A DNA stretch of 34,237 nt from Octopus bimaculoides (GCF_001194135.2 NC_068994.1:57687538-57721774), one strand, 5' to 3'; counted from the first letter of the stretch, positions 21,044-33,449 are shown. Made by a program: numbers and translations. Notes: a model not told the origin generated them from the letters alone.

Positions 21044-21130
21044 GCTGGTGTCAGGTGCAGAAACAAATGTTGTGATTTGCTTTTAAAGCCTAGTATTTGC
21101 CATCTTCATGTCATATTATTCACATATATA

Positions 21131-21165
21131 TTGGGTCAACCCATAAATAACGCGTTTTTTTTTCA
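21131..21165 (+). mobile_element. Solo mariner-type TIR end
   Basis: TA|ttgggtcaacccataaataacgcgttttt resembles Hsmar1/Mos1-like termini TA|TTAGGT...TAATTGCGGTT (recalled, not searched). Confidence 0.4.
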
Positions 21166-21283
21166 ATCACATGAACTAAAAGTCAGAGGGGGATGGGATA
21201 AGCTCCCTGCATCAACTTGCTGTAAAAGCAGGTAGTAATTTTACCTTGTCTGTATTCTTAGTGCAAGTTTTGAAGAGTGCAGT

Positions 21284-21403
21284 TCGAAAGGATGAAAGGC
21301 AAAGTCAACCTCGGCAGAATTTGAACTCAGAACATAAAGACAGACGAAATACCACTAAGCATTTCGCCCGATGTACTAACATTTCTACCAGCTTGCCGCC
21401 TTA
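21284..21403 (-). mobile_element. SINE family C, 3'-truncated
   Basis: Reverse complement of 28839-28960 (gaaaggatgaaaggcaaagtcaacctcggcagaatttgaactc). Confidence 0.85.
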
Positions 21404-21959
21404 CACGCCTGCACCATTATTCACAGAAAAAAAAATCTTCATGATACTCCCTAACTTAAAGTTTCTGTACTCTTCCAATATCAATTAACCTAGTGACCCC
21501 AATTCAGAAAAACCCCAAAAATTGTATTAAAGATGGCTTTCTGTAATTATGTTCGTTATGTCTGTTGAAAATATTCCCTTGATCACAACTATTCATTTCA
21601 TGATAACAAATCTTTTGATGTTGGTTTTTAATATCAAAATATTAAACCCAATGACTTCAATCAGGTGTGTCTTTTGAATACCTGTCTGTTACTAATGTAT
21701 TTTAAAGTAAGAACGGAACCAAACCAGCCTCTTTCAAATATGAGCAGTAAATGGATCGATACAAGTTGATTGGAAACATTAAAAAATATTGATCGTTTAT
21801 AGATTTGAATAAACCAGATACAAATGCACAATTAAACCCTTTGCGACCTGTTTCCTTTTTTTCCCCTTGGATATTCAGGAGTTCGGTTGTTAGAAAGTTG
21901 TTTCTTTTATTTAAAATCTTTTTTTTACTGAAGGTGTCTGATATACTGGGTCAATTGCC

Positions 21960-21989
21960 GTCATCATCATCATCATCATCACCATCGTT

Positions 21990-22023
<34 letters not shown>

Positions 22024-22085
22024 CCACCACCATCATCATCATCATCATCACCACCATCATCATCATCACCACCATCATCATCACC

Positions 22086-22119
<34 letters not shown>

Positions 22120-22168
22120 TCATCACCATCACCATCGTTTTCATCGTGGTGGTGGTGGTGGTGGTGAT
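21960..22168. repeat. (CAT)/(CAC) then (GGT) compound microsatellite
   Basis: Read directly. Confidence 0.95.
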
Positions 22169-23214
22169 GAAAGGAGTGTCTTGCTGCAGAGGAGATACAT
22201 GGTTACTGCAGTTGGGTGGGGAGAGAGACAGAGAGAGAGAGAGAGTGTGAGAGACCATAAGATGGTGGTGATGTGCCAAGGCAATAAATATCAGTAAATT
22301 TCAATCNNNNNNNNNNNNNNNNNNNNNNNNNNNNNNNNNNNNNNNNNNNNNNNNNNNNNNNNNNNNNNNNNNNNNNNNNNNNNNNNNNNNNNNNNNNNNN
22401 NNNNNNNNNNNNNNNNNNNNNNNNNNNNNNNNNNNNNNNNNTACCATTTCAATTTCCTCTTCACCAACAATATTATTTATTGCACTCACAGACCCCTTCC
22501 GCATGGTAATAACTTCTTGTAAATGTTTCCAGTACAAAAGTACAAAATCTTCAACAATTAACCACTTCGTTAATCACATTTCTCTTAAAATATTCTGCTT
22601 TTGTTTCAATTAATTTTGGGAACTGATGCCAAATTTAGTAAAATGGCTTTGTCATTATGAAAATAGTGTTTAGACCAGGCTAGGGGGGGGGGTAACCTTT
22701 TTTAAGAAGCAGGTCACTTGAGCCATTGCTAAAATAATTGTCTTTTATCCTACTCTTAATAACACACCATAAGTATGTGAGTGTATGTGTGTGTATGTGT
22801 GTGTATGTGTGTGTATGTGTGTGTATGTGTGTGTATATATGCATATATATATATGTGTGTATGTATATATGTACATATATTTATACATATGTACACGCAC
22901 ATATACATATATTAGATATACTCATGTATACATAGATTTACTTACATACACACAGGCACAGATACGTACATATACATAGGCACACATGTGCTCCAAGACA
23001 GATTACATAATTATTATTTATTCAGTAAAGAAAATAATTAAGTAGCAGAAGCGATCACATGTTTGGGAATTAATCACATGGCAATATTTACTTTTGTCAC
23101 TCTGCATATTTAGTTAAGGTTCTGACAGAGCCTACTTTCACTTTCGGTCCACTAGGGATCCATGCAGCAAGCGTCATGCTTCATACAGGGTTAATTCCAT
23201 CAACTCTGCATAGT

Positions 23215-23355
23215 CTCTGCTGAGTTAAGAAGCTTGTTTCCCAACCATGTGGTTTTGAGTTCAGTCCCAACACCTTGAGCAACCATCTTTTATTACAGCC
23301 CCAGTCTGACCAAAGTTTTTGTGAGTGGATTTGAAAGAAGCCCATTGTATGCATA
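23215..23355 (+). mobile_element. SINE family B 5' half, degenerate
   Basis: gttaagaagcttgtttcccaaccatgtggttttgagttcagtccc...gtgagtggatttgaaagaagcccattgtat. Confidence 0.75.
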
Positions 23356-23361
23356 TACATA

Positions 23362-23730
23362 CAGGGTGCAATGAATAAACTGTCGTCTAAATTACACAAA
23401 TATGAAAATAATACTGACATCTCGTTTTAACAGATATATTTACCAAAATTACATAAAAATATCTTGAAATCCAAAAGAGTAAATTTATTCAATAAAATCG
23501 CCATTGGTTCCAACCATGGCCTCCAGTTGACTTCAGGATCTCCTGCAACTCTTCTGGACAGTCTCCTTGTTTAAGTTGGTGAATGCTGCCATAATCCTTG
23601 CCTTCAGTTCATCTTTGGTGTTACGAGGAGTTTTGTTGGTCTCTTGCTCAACTGCACCCCAAACATAATAATCAAGGGGGTCGCAGTCTGGGGAGTTAGG
23701 TGGCCAGATGTTTGAGGTGCAATGGGTAAA
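23362..23730 (-). mobile_element. DD37D (maT) transposon 3' end with intact right TIR, runs into a gap
   Basis: TA|cagggtgcaatgaataaactgtcg; minus translation IWPPNSPDCDPLDYYVWGAVEQETNKTPRNTKDELKARIMAAF, homologous to 17690-18027. Confidence 0.9.
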
Positions 23731-24125
23731 NNNNNNNNNNNNNNNNNNNNNNNNNNNNNNNNNNNNNNNNNNNNNNNNNNNNNNNNNNNNNNNNNNNNNN
23801 NNNNNNNNNNNNNNNNNNNNNNNNNNNNNNNNNNNNNNNNNNNNNNNNNNNNNNNNNNNNNNNNNNNNNNNNNNNNNNNNNNNNNNNNNNNNNNNNNNNN
23901 NNNNNNNNNNNNNNNNNNNNNNNNNNNNNNNNNNNNNNNNNNNNNNNNNNNNNNNNNNNNNNNNNNNNNNNNNNNNNNNNNNNNNNNNNNNNNNNNNNNN
24001 NNNNNNNNNNNNNNNNNNNNNNNNNNNNNNNNNNNNNNNNNNNNNNNNNNNNNNNNNNNNNNNNNNNNNNNNNNNNNNNNNNNNNNNNNNNNNNNNNNNN
24101 NNNNNNNNNNNNNNNNNNNNNNNNN

Positions 24126-24164
<39 letters not shown>

Positions 24165-24167
<3 letters not shown>

Positions 24168-24400
24168 CACTTGATTGACCAGGCTTTCGGACGCTGTTAT
24201 ACATTGCTGGTGACAATGCGCTTTGCATCATTTTAACTTTCAAACAATGCCACCTTCCTGGTTAGGCGAGCGGACCGACATTGCCCTTGATCAGAAGGCT
24301 ATTCCATTGCAGGGAGTGACCCATTTACAGCTGAGTGAACTGGGGCAACACTGAAATGAAGAACACAATGCACTGCTCAGTCTGGAAATCAAACCCTAAT
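24165..24400 (-). mobile_element. SINE family A3 (A2-like middle, different tail)
   Basis: cccatttacagctgagtgaactggggcaac...gaacacaatgcac...ggaaatcaaacc corresponds to the A2 middle and B box; the 3' part is unrelated to the A1/A2 tail. Confidence 0.6.
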
Positions 24401-24404
24401 ATCA

Positions 24405-24956
24405 AGATCCTGTGAAGGAGATCAAAAGATGAATCATGCTGGCAAAATTGAATAATGTCTTGAGAAACGGTACCTTAAACATCAAGACCAAGACCTGTGT
24501 GTTGAAATACTGTGTCTACTCTGTGTTAATGTCTAGAAGTGAGGAATGGTCTATAACATCAAAAATGAGGTGCTTGAAGAGCTGTGAAATGTGGTCCTTG
24601 GGGAAAATATTGAGGGTAGCATGGAGAGATAAGGGGTCTGATGAAGAAGTCATGACCTGGAATGCAGCAGATAGGAAACTGCTTCGTGAGATAAGGGCCA
24701 AGCAATTGAGATTTCTTGATCATGTGATGAGGAAAGAGGACTTGAAGAATTTAGCAACGACCGGAAAAGATTGAAAGGAAAAGAAACAGAGGAAAGAGAA
24801 GGATGGTATGGAGGTGAAGCTTGGTGAATTGGTTGGAAGAAAAGAGGCATTGAACATCAGGAAGTGGAACTGTTACAGAAAACAAAGAACAGAGAATTGT
24901 GACTGGACATGATCGCCTGTTTCCTACATTTTGGACATGGCGCCGAAAGAGAGAGA
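24405..24956 (+). mobile_element. RTE-clade LINE, 5'-truncated 3' end
   Basis: KEIKR*IMLAK...SEEWSIT...CEMWSLGKILRVAWRDK...RAKQLRFLDHVMRKEDLKNLATTGK/IERKRNRGKRR, typical of the RTE C-terminal region; ends ggacatggcgccgaaagagagaga. Confidence 0.85.
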
Positions 24957-25349
24957 ATGGGAGTTTGAAGTCAGAGGGTCGTCAGTGTTTAGACAAATGA
25001 TTTTAGTTGTTCGGTTTTGGCAAAGATTGTATTTATACTAAGGCATGTGTGAATAAATGCCTCAGGGTTGCAGGCAAAATATCAATTGTTTTAGAAGCAG
25101 AAGAAAGGAAGTGATAGATGCAAAGAGAAACACTGGGGAAAAAAAGGAAGAAGGAAAAGGAAAAAGCCGTTTGCTGATATTTGTAGCTGTAAGAAGAGTC
25201 TGGGAGGAGAGACAAAGCTGTCTGGGAATGAAAGCAAGATAAGGACTAATGAAAATAGATTTTTCTTTTTAAAATCAACAGAAAATAATGAAAGATGGAG
25301 AGGAAGATAAAAGGCTGATCTTCCAGAAAAATGAAGTGGGGGGAGGCAG

Positions 25350-25382
<33 letters not shown>

Positions 25383-25462
25383 TCTGAGGAAGGCAAGATA
25401 TGTGCAGAATGTAAGATGTGTAGCAAATTTTTTTGTTTTTTAAATTAAAAGAAAGTCGAGAT

Positions 25463-25795
25463 AGGTGCAGGAGTGGCTGTGTGGTAAGAAGCTTGCTTCC
25501 CAACCAAATGGTTCCAGGTTCAGTCCTACTGCGTGGTACCTTGGGCAAGTGTCTTCTACTATAGCCTTAGGCCAGCCAAAGCCTTGCGAGTGGATTTGGT
25601 AGACAGAAACTGAAAGAAGCCCATTGTGTGTGTATATATATATATATATATATGTATGTGTATATCATTGTGTGTCTGTGTTTGTCCCCCCCCCCCAACA
25701 TCGCTTGACAACCAATGCTGGTGTGTTTACATCCCCATAACTTAGCGGTTCAGCGAAAGAGACCAACAGAATAAGTACCAGGCTTACGAAGAATA
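25463..25795 (+). mobile_element. SINE family B, 3'-truncated
   Basis: Closely similar to 8103-8394; ends aataagtaccaggcttacgaagaata. Confidence 0.9.
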
Positions 25796-26285
25796 TGGTG
25801 GTGGTGGTGGTGGTTGTGGTCATGTTGATGATGATGACAACAATGACAACAGAAACAAAGATGGTGATGATGATTATGATGATGACGACAATGACAACAA
25901 CAACAACAAATGAAAATATTGACAGTAATGATGATGATGATGATGATGATGATGGTGAGATGACTCCTCATAATAACACCAATCCTTGTTATTATTGTCA
26001 TTATCCTCATCATTATATATGGTGGTGGTGGCGGCGGTGGTGGTGGCGGTGGTGGTGGTGGTGGTGGTGGTGAAAACACTGATGATGATAATGATCATTG
26101 TGATGATGATGATGAAAAATGATGGTGGTGTGAGTGATGATGATGATGATTACAATGATGACGATGATGATGACGATGACGATGATGATGACGATGATGA
26201 TGATGACGATGATGACGCTAATGATGATGGCAATGGTAATGATGATATGACATTGATGACTATGAAGAGGAGGAGGAGAGCAATG
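25796..26285. repeat. Compound (GGT)/(GAT)/(GAC)/(CAA) microsatellite block
   Basis: Read directly. Confidence 0.95.
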
Positions 26286-26837
26286 NNNNNNNNNNNNNNN
26301 NNNNNNNNNNNNNNNNNNNNNNNNNNNNNNNNNNNNNNNNNNNNNNNNNNNNNNNNNNNNNNNNNNNNNNNNNNNNNNNNNNNNNNNNNNNNNNNNNNNN
26401 NNNNNNNNNNNNNNNNNNNNNNNNNNNNNNNNNNNNNNNNNNNNNNNNNNNNNNNNNNNNNNNNNNNNNNNNNNNNNNNNNNNNNNNNNNNNNNNNNNNN
26501 NNNNNNNNNNNNNNNNNNNNNNNNNNNNNNNNNNNNNNNGATGACAATGATGATTTGTTATCTTCTTGTTTTAAGCCCTCACCAGCTCCCAGTTGCAGTC
26601 AAAACATTAGAGCTGACCCCAAATATAAGAAGAACTTCCTGAGTTGAATTAGCTGCAAGACATGATTAAGTTGTACTTATTCAACCCACACAATGGAGAG
26701 TGGCACTAAGTAGCTAGTTGATGTGCTAGAAATAACAACCATGCAACACTGAATATATTATGTCTGTAATTTTACTGGTTTTATCCATTGTACATCACTT
26801 TTACATTACGTCTGGCCCAACAACAACAGCAACAACA

Positions 26838-27066
26838 ATAATAATAATGGTTTCAAATTTTGCCACAAGGGCAGCAGTTTTGGGGGGAGGGGATCAGTCG
26901 ATTACATCGATCCCCCCCCCCCTTATTATTCGACTGGTACTTATTTTATTGACCCTGAAAGGATGAGAGGCAAAGTCAGCCTCGACAGAATTTGAACTTA
27001 GAACATAAAGACAGACAAAATCTGTTAAAATGTCTGGTGTGCTAACAGTTCTGCCAACTCACCACC
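26838..27066 (-). mobile_element. SINE family C, near full length with (ATT)n tail
   Basis: gtcgattacatcgatccc...ctggtacttattttattgaccctgaaaggatgagaggcaaagtc...gaatttgaact. Confidence 0.8.
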
Positions 27067-27067
27067 A

Positions 27068-27144
<77 letters not shown>

Positions 27145-27170
27145 TAATGATATTAATAATAATAATAATG
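27068..27170. repeat. (AAT)n microsatellite
   Basis: Read directly. Confidence 0.97.
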
Positions 27171-27275
27171 GAAATATACAGAAGGAAAAGAAAAGGGAAG
27201 GTGGTTAAGCAATTTATTTGTTGTTCAAAAGAAGAAGAAGTCTGCAATGCTTATTATTTTTGGTTACTAAAGTAG

Positions 27276-27315
<40 letters not shown>

Positions 27316-27505
27316 GGTTGGATGGATAAAGGGATGGAAAGAGAGTAAGCAAAAATAACTGAATGAATGAATGAGAAATATTAATCTTCAGTAATATTAA
27401 TTAGGAGAGAGATGTTTAATTATAGGTGAAATGAGTCATTGATCATTATGATGGCGGCTGTATCAAGAGGGAAAAATAATGGACAACGATGAGTGTGATT
27501 GGGGA

Positions 27506-27845
27506 AGCTGAGTGAGATGAACTGAGGGGAAGAAACCAAGTGAAGTTAAGATGAGATGAGATGAGATGAGGGGAATCAAAGTAAACAACGAAACCAAGGC
27601 AGAGCGAACTGAGCAGGTGAAACTGAGCTAAGCTGAGCTGAGTAGAACCAAGCTAAGTTCTGCCCAAGAAGTGCTGACCTTGTCAAGCTGAGTCAAGCAG
27701 AACTGAGCACTACCAATCCAAGCTCTACCAATTAGCGTTAAGTTAGATTAAGCTGAGACAAATCAAGGCATGCTCAGTTGAACGATACGGAATTTCACCA
27801 AGCAGACCCAAGTTGAGCTGAACAAAATTAAGCTGAGCTGAACTC
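27506..27845. repeat. Degenerate pentanucleotide array, consensus AGCTG/AACTG
   Basis: 5-nt periodicity holds without indels over 27621-27845; all AGCT starts are at positions congruent to 1 mod 5. Confidence 0.8.
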
Positions 27846-27909
27846 TGGAGGTATGCTGTGACTGAGAAGACCAGGCAAATAAAGTGAGTTCACAGCTGTA
27901 ACCTACATT

Positions 27910-28351
27910 AGTGTCGCATAACCAGCCCACTCAAAAGTACCTTGGATTGTAGGGTGACATGCCGTGCTTGAGGAGACCTAATGAGTCAAGTACATCAACA
28001 TCAGCAATATCAAAATCAAATCAAGTGGAAATTGTAGTTGTGATCCCCGTGCCGGTAGCATGTAAAAAACACCATCCGAACATGGCCGATGTCAGTGTCA
28101 CTTTGACTGGCTTTCGTACCGGTGGCACATAAAAAGCACCATCGATGCCAGCTCCTCTGGCCCATGTGCTGGGGGAAAGTAAAAAGCATCCACTACCCTC
28201 TCAGAGTGGTTGGTGTTAGGAAGGGCATCCAGCTGTAAAAACACTGCCAGATCAGATTGAGGCCTGGTGCAGCCTCCTGGCTTCCCAGACCCCAGTCGAA
28301 CTGTCCAACCCATGCCAGCATGGAAAACAGACATCGAACGATGACGATGAT
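27910..28351 (+). mobile_element. Retroposon family D, longest copy
   Basis: 5' part matches the reverse complement of 6390-6450; core ggttggtgttaggaagggcatccagctgt; (GAT/GAC) tail. Confidence 0.85.
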
Positions 28352-28365
28352 TCATATACATACAT

Positions 28366-28421
<56 letters not shown>

Positions 28422-28449
28422 CTCCGTGTTTTTCTCCTTGTTTTCTCCG

Positions 28450-28494
<45 letters not shown>

Positions 28495-28838
28495 ATGTAT
28501 ATATACACATACATACATTCACACACATGCATACATACACATGCATACAGACATAAGCCCCCCCCCCACACACACACACACTCAAATTGTTCTAAAATGC
28601 CTTTATATTGACAATGCATCATGTTTACCAAGATTCTCTTCCTTCCTAATTACATGGGTGTGTGACTTTATAATTCTATGTTTGTGTGTGTGTATATGCG
28701 TGTGTGTGTGTGTGTGCATGTATGCGTGTATGCTTGTCTATATATTTCTGTGTATGTGTTTACCATGTTTACATTCTTAATTCTACTTGCAGAGAAAGTA
28801 TTACTATTATTATTATTATTATTATTATTATCATTATT

Positions 28839-29040
28839 AAGGCAGTAAGCTGGCAGAATCGTGAGCACGCCGGGCGAAATGCTTAGCCGTATTTCGTCTG
28901 CCGCTATGTTCTGAGTTCAAATTCTGCCGAGGTCGACTTTGCCTTTTATTCTTTCAGGGTCGATAAATTAAGTACCAGTGAAACACTAGGGTCAATATAT
29001 AATCGAGTGGCCCCCTTCCCAACAATTTCAGTAGAAAGTA
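28839..29040 (+). mobile_element. SINE family C
   Basis: Head aggcagtaagctggcagaatc...gagttcaaattc, then gtcgactttgccttttattctttcagggtcgataaattaagtaccag (Deu/Nin-like by recall), (ATT)n tail. Confidence 0.85.
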
Positions 29041-29100
29041 GTATTATTATTGTTATTATTATTATTATTATGATCATTTTAATCCCTACAAGCGGATGCA

Positions 29101-29133
<33 letters not shown>

Positions 29134-29272
29134 AATGCCCATGTGTGTATGCATGTTTATTTGTGTGTGTGTGTGTGAGTATGTATGTGTGTGTATGTAC
29201 ATGTAGTCATGTGTTTACATATAAATGCACATGCACCTATTTGCGTATGCCCATGTATAAGTCCCTTGCCTG

Positions 29273-29317
<45 letters not shown>

Positions 29318-31010
29318 GCATCTGCCTCATATGTGTGCATATGTTTATGTTAGTATACACATGTCTATGTGCATATGCAAGCATATATATTTCCGCATTT
29401 GTATCTCCATTATTTTAATATACATGTGCATATGTGTGTATGTATGTACACATACATGTTGTATATACACATGTTTTTTCATTCGTGCATGCTTGTGTGC
29501 ATGTGTGTGTGTTTTTGTGTGCAAGTGCTTGCATGTGTGTATATGTGAGTATATGTATGTACATGTTTTCTTCTACATGTGTGTTTGCGTACGCATTTAT
29601 TTTCAAGTAGTTATGTTTGGGTGTGTACACTCCGTACATGTATCGGTTTATGCATTCGGCATCTTTGTATGCACATGGATGTGTATGCACACGTGTGTGT
29701 GTGTGTGTGTTTGTATATCCACCCTACCCCACCCCAACTTCATAAACAAATACAAACACCGGTAGCTGAACGTATCTTCTCCACCCATTCCACAATTTTA
29801 TAACGAGATACTGCTGTTATAATCATTGTTGTTGTCTGTGTCGGTGGTGGTGGCCGTGGTCGCCGTGGTACTGTGGTAGTTGCTACCAATGCTGCTGCTT
29901 CTGCTGCTGCTTCTGCTGCTGCAATTGTTGTTGTTGTTGCTGTTGTTGGTTATGGTGGCAGTGGTAGCGGTGGTGGTGGTGCTGCTGCTGCTTTTGTTGT
30001 AGTTGCTGCAGTTATTGCTGTTCATGATGATGGTGGGAGGGTGGTGGTGATGGCGGCGCAGCAGCAGTGGTGGTGGTGGTGGTGGTGGTAGTGGCAGCAG
30101 TAGTGGTAGTGGTTAGAGGAAGATAAGTGGAACGAGGGAGGAGGGGGAGGGGTTCCACAGGATGTAAGGCTTTTGAAATAATGGTTTTTCTCAGATGTTT
30201 GTTGTTGTTGTTGTTGTTGCTGCTGCTGCTGTTGTTGTTTTTGTTGTTGTTTTTACAATTTGCTGATTTAACAATTCTATTAACACCCTTTGTTTGTTTT
30301 GTTTTTTCCTAATATTTCACCAAGCTACGCCAACTGCATTTCCCCCTCCCCGCCCCAACCCCTACACCCATACCATCGTACCACCACCACCACCACCTAC
30401 AACATTGTTATTAACTGATCTAAAACGATGCTGTATCCTTCGGTTGCTGCTTGCTTTTTTTTTATTTCATGAGTCAACATGAAACAATAATTATGATGAG
30501 GACGACGATGAAGACGAAGNNNNNNNNNNNNNNNNNNNNNNNNNNNNNNNNNNNNNNNNNNNNNNNNNNNNNNNNNNNNNNNNNNNNNNNNNNNNNNNNN
30601 NNNNNNNNNNNNNNNNNTGGTGGTGGTGGTGGTGGTGGTGGTGGTGGTGATAATGGCATTTGTATGGAAACCACATTTGTTTATGGAGCTGCAATGCTGA
30701 CACATTTAAAAAAATTAGCTCAAGACAAAAACACATATGTAAACACATACATGCACACACACACACACACACACACAGACACACATGCATCCACATACAT
30801 ACATACATACATTCATACATGTATGTATGTATGTATGTATGTATGTAACATGTATAAAATATATATTCAGATATATGGGTGTATATATTCAGATTTAAGC
30901 ATGTATAATTTGGTGTGTTTGTGTGTATTCACATATGTTTGAAATTTTCAGTTTTTAATAATTAAAAAATATATATAGTACCAGAGAAAATTGAACATTA
31001 TTACTACTAC

Positions 31011-31067
<57 letters not shown>

Positions 31068-31321
31068 GAAAAGTTGGCTGTAGATGCTAATGTCAAATGA
31101 GATTCCGTTCTCTTAGTGAAAATTACACCCCTGACCATTGTGCTTTGACCGAAGAATCATGTGGCCAAACTGGAGCACATACTTTTTCTATTGTTTCATC
31201 GAAGGACAGGTTCCACTGGCCAAGAAGAAATCCATCTGCTGCCGACATCCATTCCATGGTGGTCTTGGGATGCTATCACAGATTATGCGCATATCCATTC
31301 TGCAGCAGATGCATCTGCAGA

Positions 31322-31450
31322 AATATGTTTTGAATTAATCCTGCATTATCTCGTAGTTTCAAGACTTTGATGATGTGAGATTTAATTCATTTTTAGACTA
31401 ACATTGTAGAGTAAGTGTGAGAGGCCGGATCTGGACTTTGGATATGGTTA
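31322..31450. mobile_element. Unclassified repeat family F fragment
   Basis: Shares a 34-nt block with 6504-6537. Confidence 0.55.
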
Positions 31451-31467
31451 GTTCAAAAGCTAAAAGG

Positions 31468-31505
<38 letters not shown>

Positions 31506-31507
31506 TT

Positions 31508-31690
31508 GTCATCATCATTTAATGTTTGTGTCCATGCTGGCATGAGCTGGATGGTATGACCAGAGCTGGCTTAAGCTTAGAAGTTGCATCAGGTTCCAGT
31601 TTGCTTTGGCCTGATTTCTACAGCTGGATGCCCTTCCTAACACCAACCACTTTACACAGTGTGTTGGGTGCTATAACATGGCATCACACT
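31508..31690 (-). mobile_element. Retroposon family D, 3' fragment
   Basis: catcatcatttaatg...tccatgctggcatg...cagctggatgcccttcctaacaccaaccac. Confidence 0.8.
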
Positions 31691-31784
31691 GACATTTTTC
31701 CATATGTAATAAAAATTATTATCATAACAACTGGGTTTTTTTCATATATTAAGATTGAAAAGCAATCATCCTTGTTCACTATCT

Positions 31785-31860
31785 ATATACACCCTATTTA
31801 TCAATATACACCCCATTTATCAATATACACCCTGTTTATCTATATACACTCTATTTGTCT
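31785..31860. repeat. 19-bp minisatellite, about 4 units (atatacaccctatttatc(a/t))
   Basis: Units start at 31785, 31804, 31823 and 31842. Confidence 0.85.
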
Positions 31861-32290
31861 ATCTTGTTTATCTATATACATCTTGTTCAGTTTCTTCAGT
31901 TGTAGCCCATACTGGAGCCTTTTCTAGGCATTCCTTTACCATGACATCCTGTAAGCCTATTTCTAGTTTAATCTTTAACTTTTCCCTCAATGTCTCTTGT
32001 TTCTCCTTTCTTTCTGGCCCAGTCTTTCTCACTTCAGCCATTGTTAGGTTGTTATGGGTTTCCTTGAACAACAGTAAATAGTCTTCTATTTTGTTTATAT
32101 TCTCAAGCTATTTCTATTATTATTTATTTTCTTCTCCTTTATTAACTATTTTTCTCATCATACAAGCATTTCACAATTGTTTTCTGGTTACATAATAACC
32201 TGCTTTCATGGTAAATATAAACTTTCTTTGTCAGATTTTGGGTGGTGTACATTCTAAAAGTAGTCATTATTTTGGTTCTTGTTTACGACA

Positions 32291-32506
32291 ATGAAGTGGC
32301 AGAACTGTTAGAGTATCAGAAAATAAATGCTATTCAGTATTTGTTCTGAGCCTTAAACTTCTGAGTTCAAATCCTGCATAGGTCAACTTTGCCTTTTATC
32401 CTTTCAGGGTCAATAAAATTCAGTAGCAGTCATGCACAGGGCTTGATGGATTCAACTCAGCCCCACCCTTCAAATTTTCTGGTTTTGTGCCTAAATTCAA
32501 AAACAA
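32291..32506 (+). mobile_element. SINE family C, degenerate
   Basis: ctgagttcaaatcctgcataggtcaactttgccttttatcctttcagggtcaataaaa. Confidence 0.75.
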
Positions 32507-32530
32507 TTTTTTCACTTGTTTTTCTCCCTA

Positions 32531-32670
32531 GTCTGATACTTATTTAATCGACCCCGAAAGGATGAAAGGCAAAGTCGACCTTGGCAGAATTTGAACTCAG
32601 AATGTAACAGCAGACGAAATACAGCTGAGCATTTCGCCCGGCATGCTAACGATTCTGCCAGCTCGCCTTG
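32531..32670 (-). mobile_element. SINE family C, 3'-truncated
   Basis: Reverse complement of 28839-28980. Confidence 0.85.
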
Positions 32671-32687
32671 TATATAGGAATGCATGT

Positions 32688-33010
32688 GAAGGCACGTGGC
32701 TTACTGGTTAGGGCATTTGACTCATAATCAGCAGGTTGTGAGTTCAATTTTGCCTGCAACACATTGTGCTCTTGAGCAAGGCACTTTATTTCACTTTATT
32801 CCAGTCCACTCAGCTGGCCAAAACGTGTTGTACCCCTAATTCAAAGAGCTAGCCTTGTCACACTCTGTGTCATGCTGAATCTCCCCAGGAACTACATTAA
32901 GGTTACACATGTCTGTGGAGTGCTCAGTCACTTGCATCTTAATTTTATGAGCAGGTTGTTCCGTTGACAGGATCAACTGGAACCCTCATCATTGCAAACG
33001 GCAAAGCGCT
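32688..33010 (+). mobile_element. SINE family A2, full length
   Basis: Head and middle as at 1117; tail as at 810-1000. Confidence 0.85.
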
Positions 33011-33163
33011 AGTTATGCATGTGCATGCGTATGTGTGTGAGCTTGTGTATGCATATGCGTTTAGTATGTGCACACATATACACAAGTATATGCATGTATG
33101 CATGTGTTTATATATGTGTGCATATGTATCTGTATGCATGTATAGGTATGTTTGTGTACGTAT

Positions 33164-33201
<38 letters not shown>

Positions 33202-33323
33202 GTGCATGTACATGCATGCCTCTGAAATTGATTTCACTACCACCCCTCACAGTAACCCCTCTACTACTGGGGCCCCTATTAAATGTAAATATGTATTTAT
33301 CAAGAAACCTGTTTCAAGGTAGA

Positions 33324-33336
33324 AATAATAATAATA

Positions 33337-33380
<44 letters not shown>

Positions 33381-33449
33381 TAATAATATTGATAATAATG
33401 ATGATGATGGTGATGGTGGTGGTGGTGGTGGTGGTGGTGGTGGTGGTGG

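Noticed and set aside
22442-22560. Minus-strand frame EDFVLLYWKHLQEVITMRKGS with a GTGAGT donor
   Set aside because: No polypyrimidine acceptor, next to a gap, no recognised homology.
24638-24650. CTGATGA core
   Set aside because: Lies within the RTE coding remnant, with no downstream stem and GAAA.
31305-31318. Perfect 14-bp palindrome gcagatgcatctgc
   Set aside because: One or two such palindromes are expected by chance in about 30 kb.
31190-31320. Minus-strand HPKTTMEWMSAADGFLLGQWNLSFDETIEK followed by GTATGT, a possible exon
   Set aside because: Weak acceptor; RMD...IPKTTMEW..ADG looks more like a decayed RTE C-terminus, and neither reading is secure.
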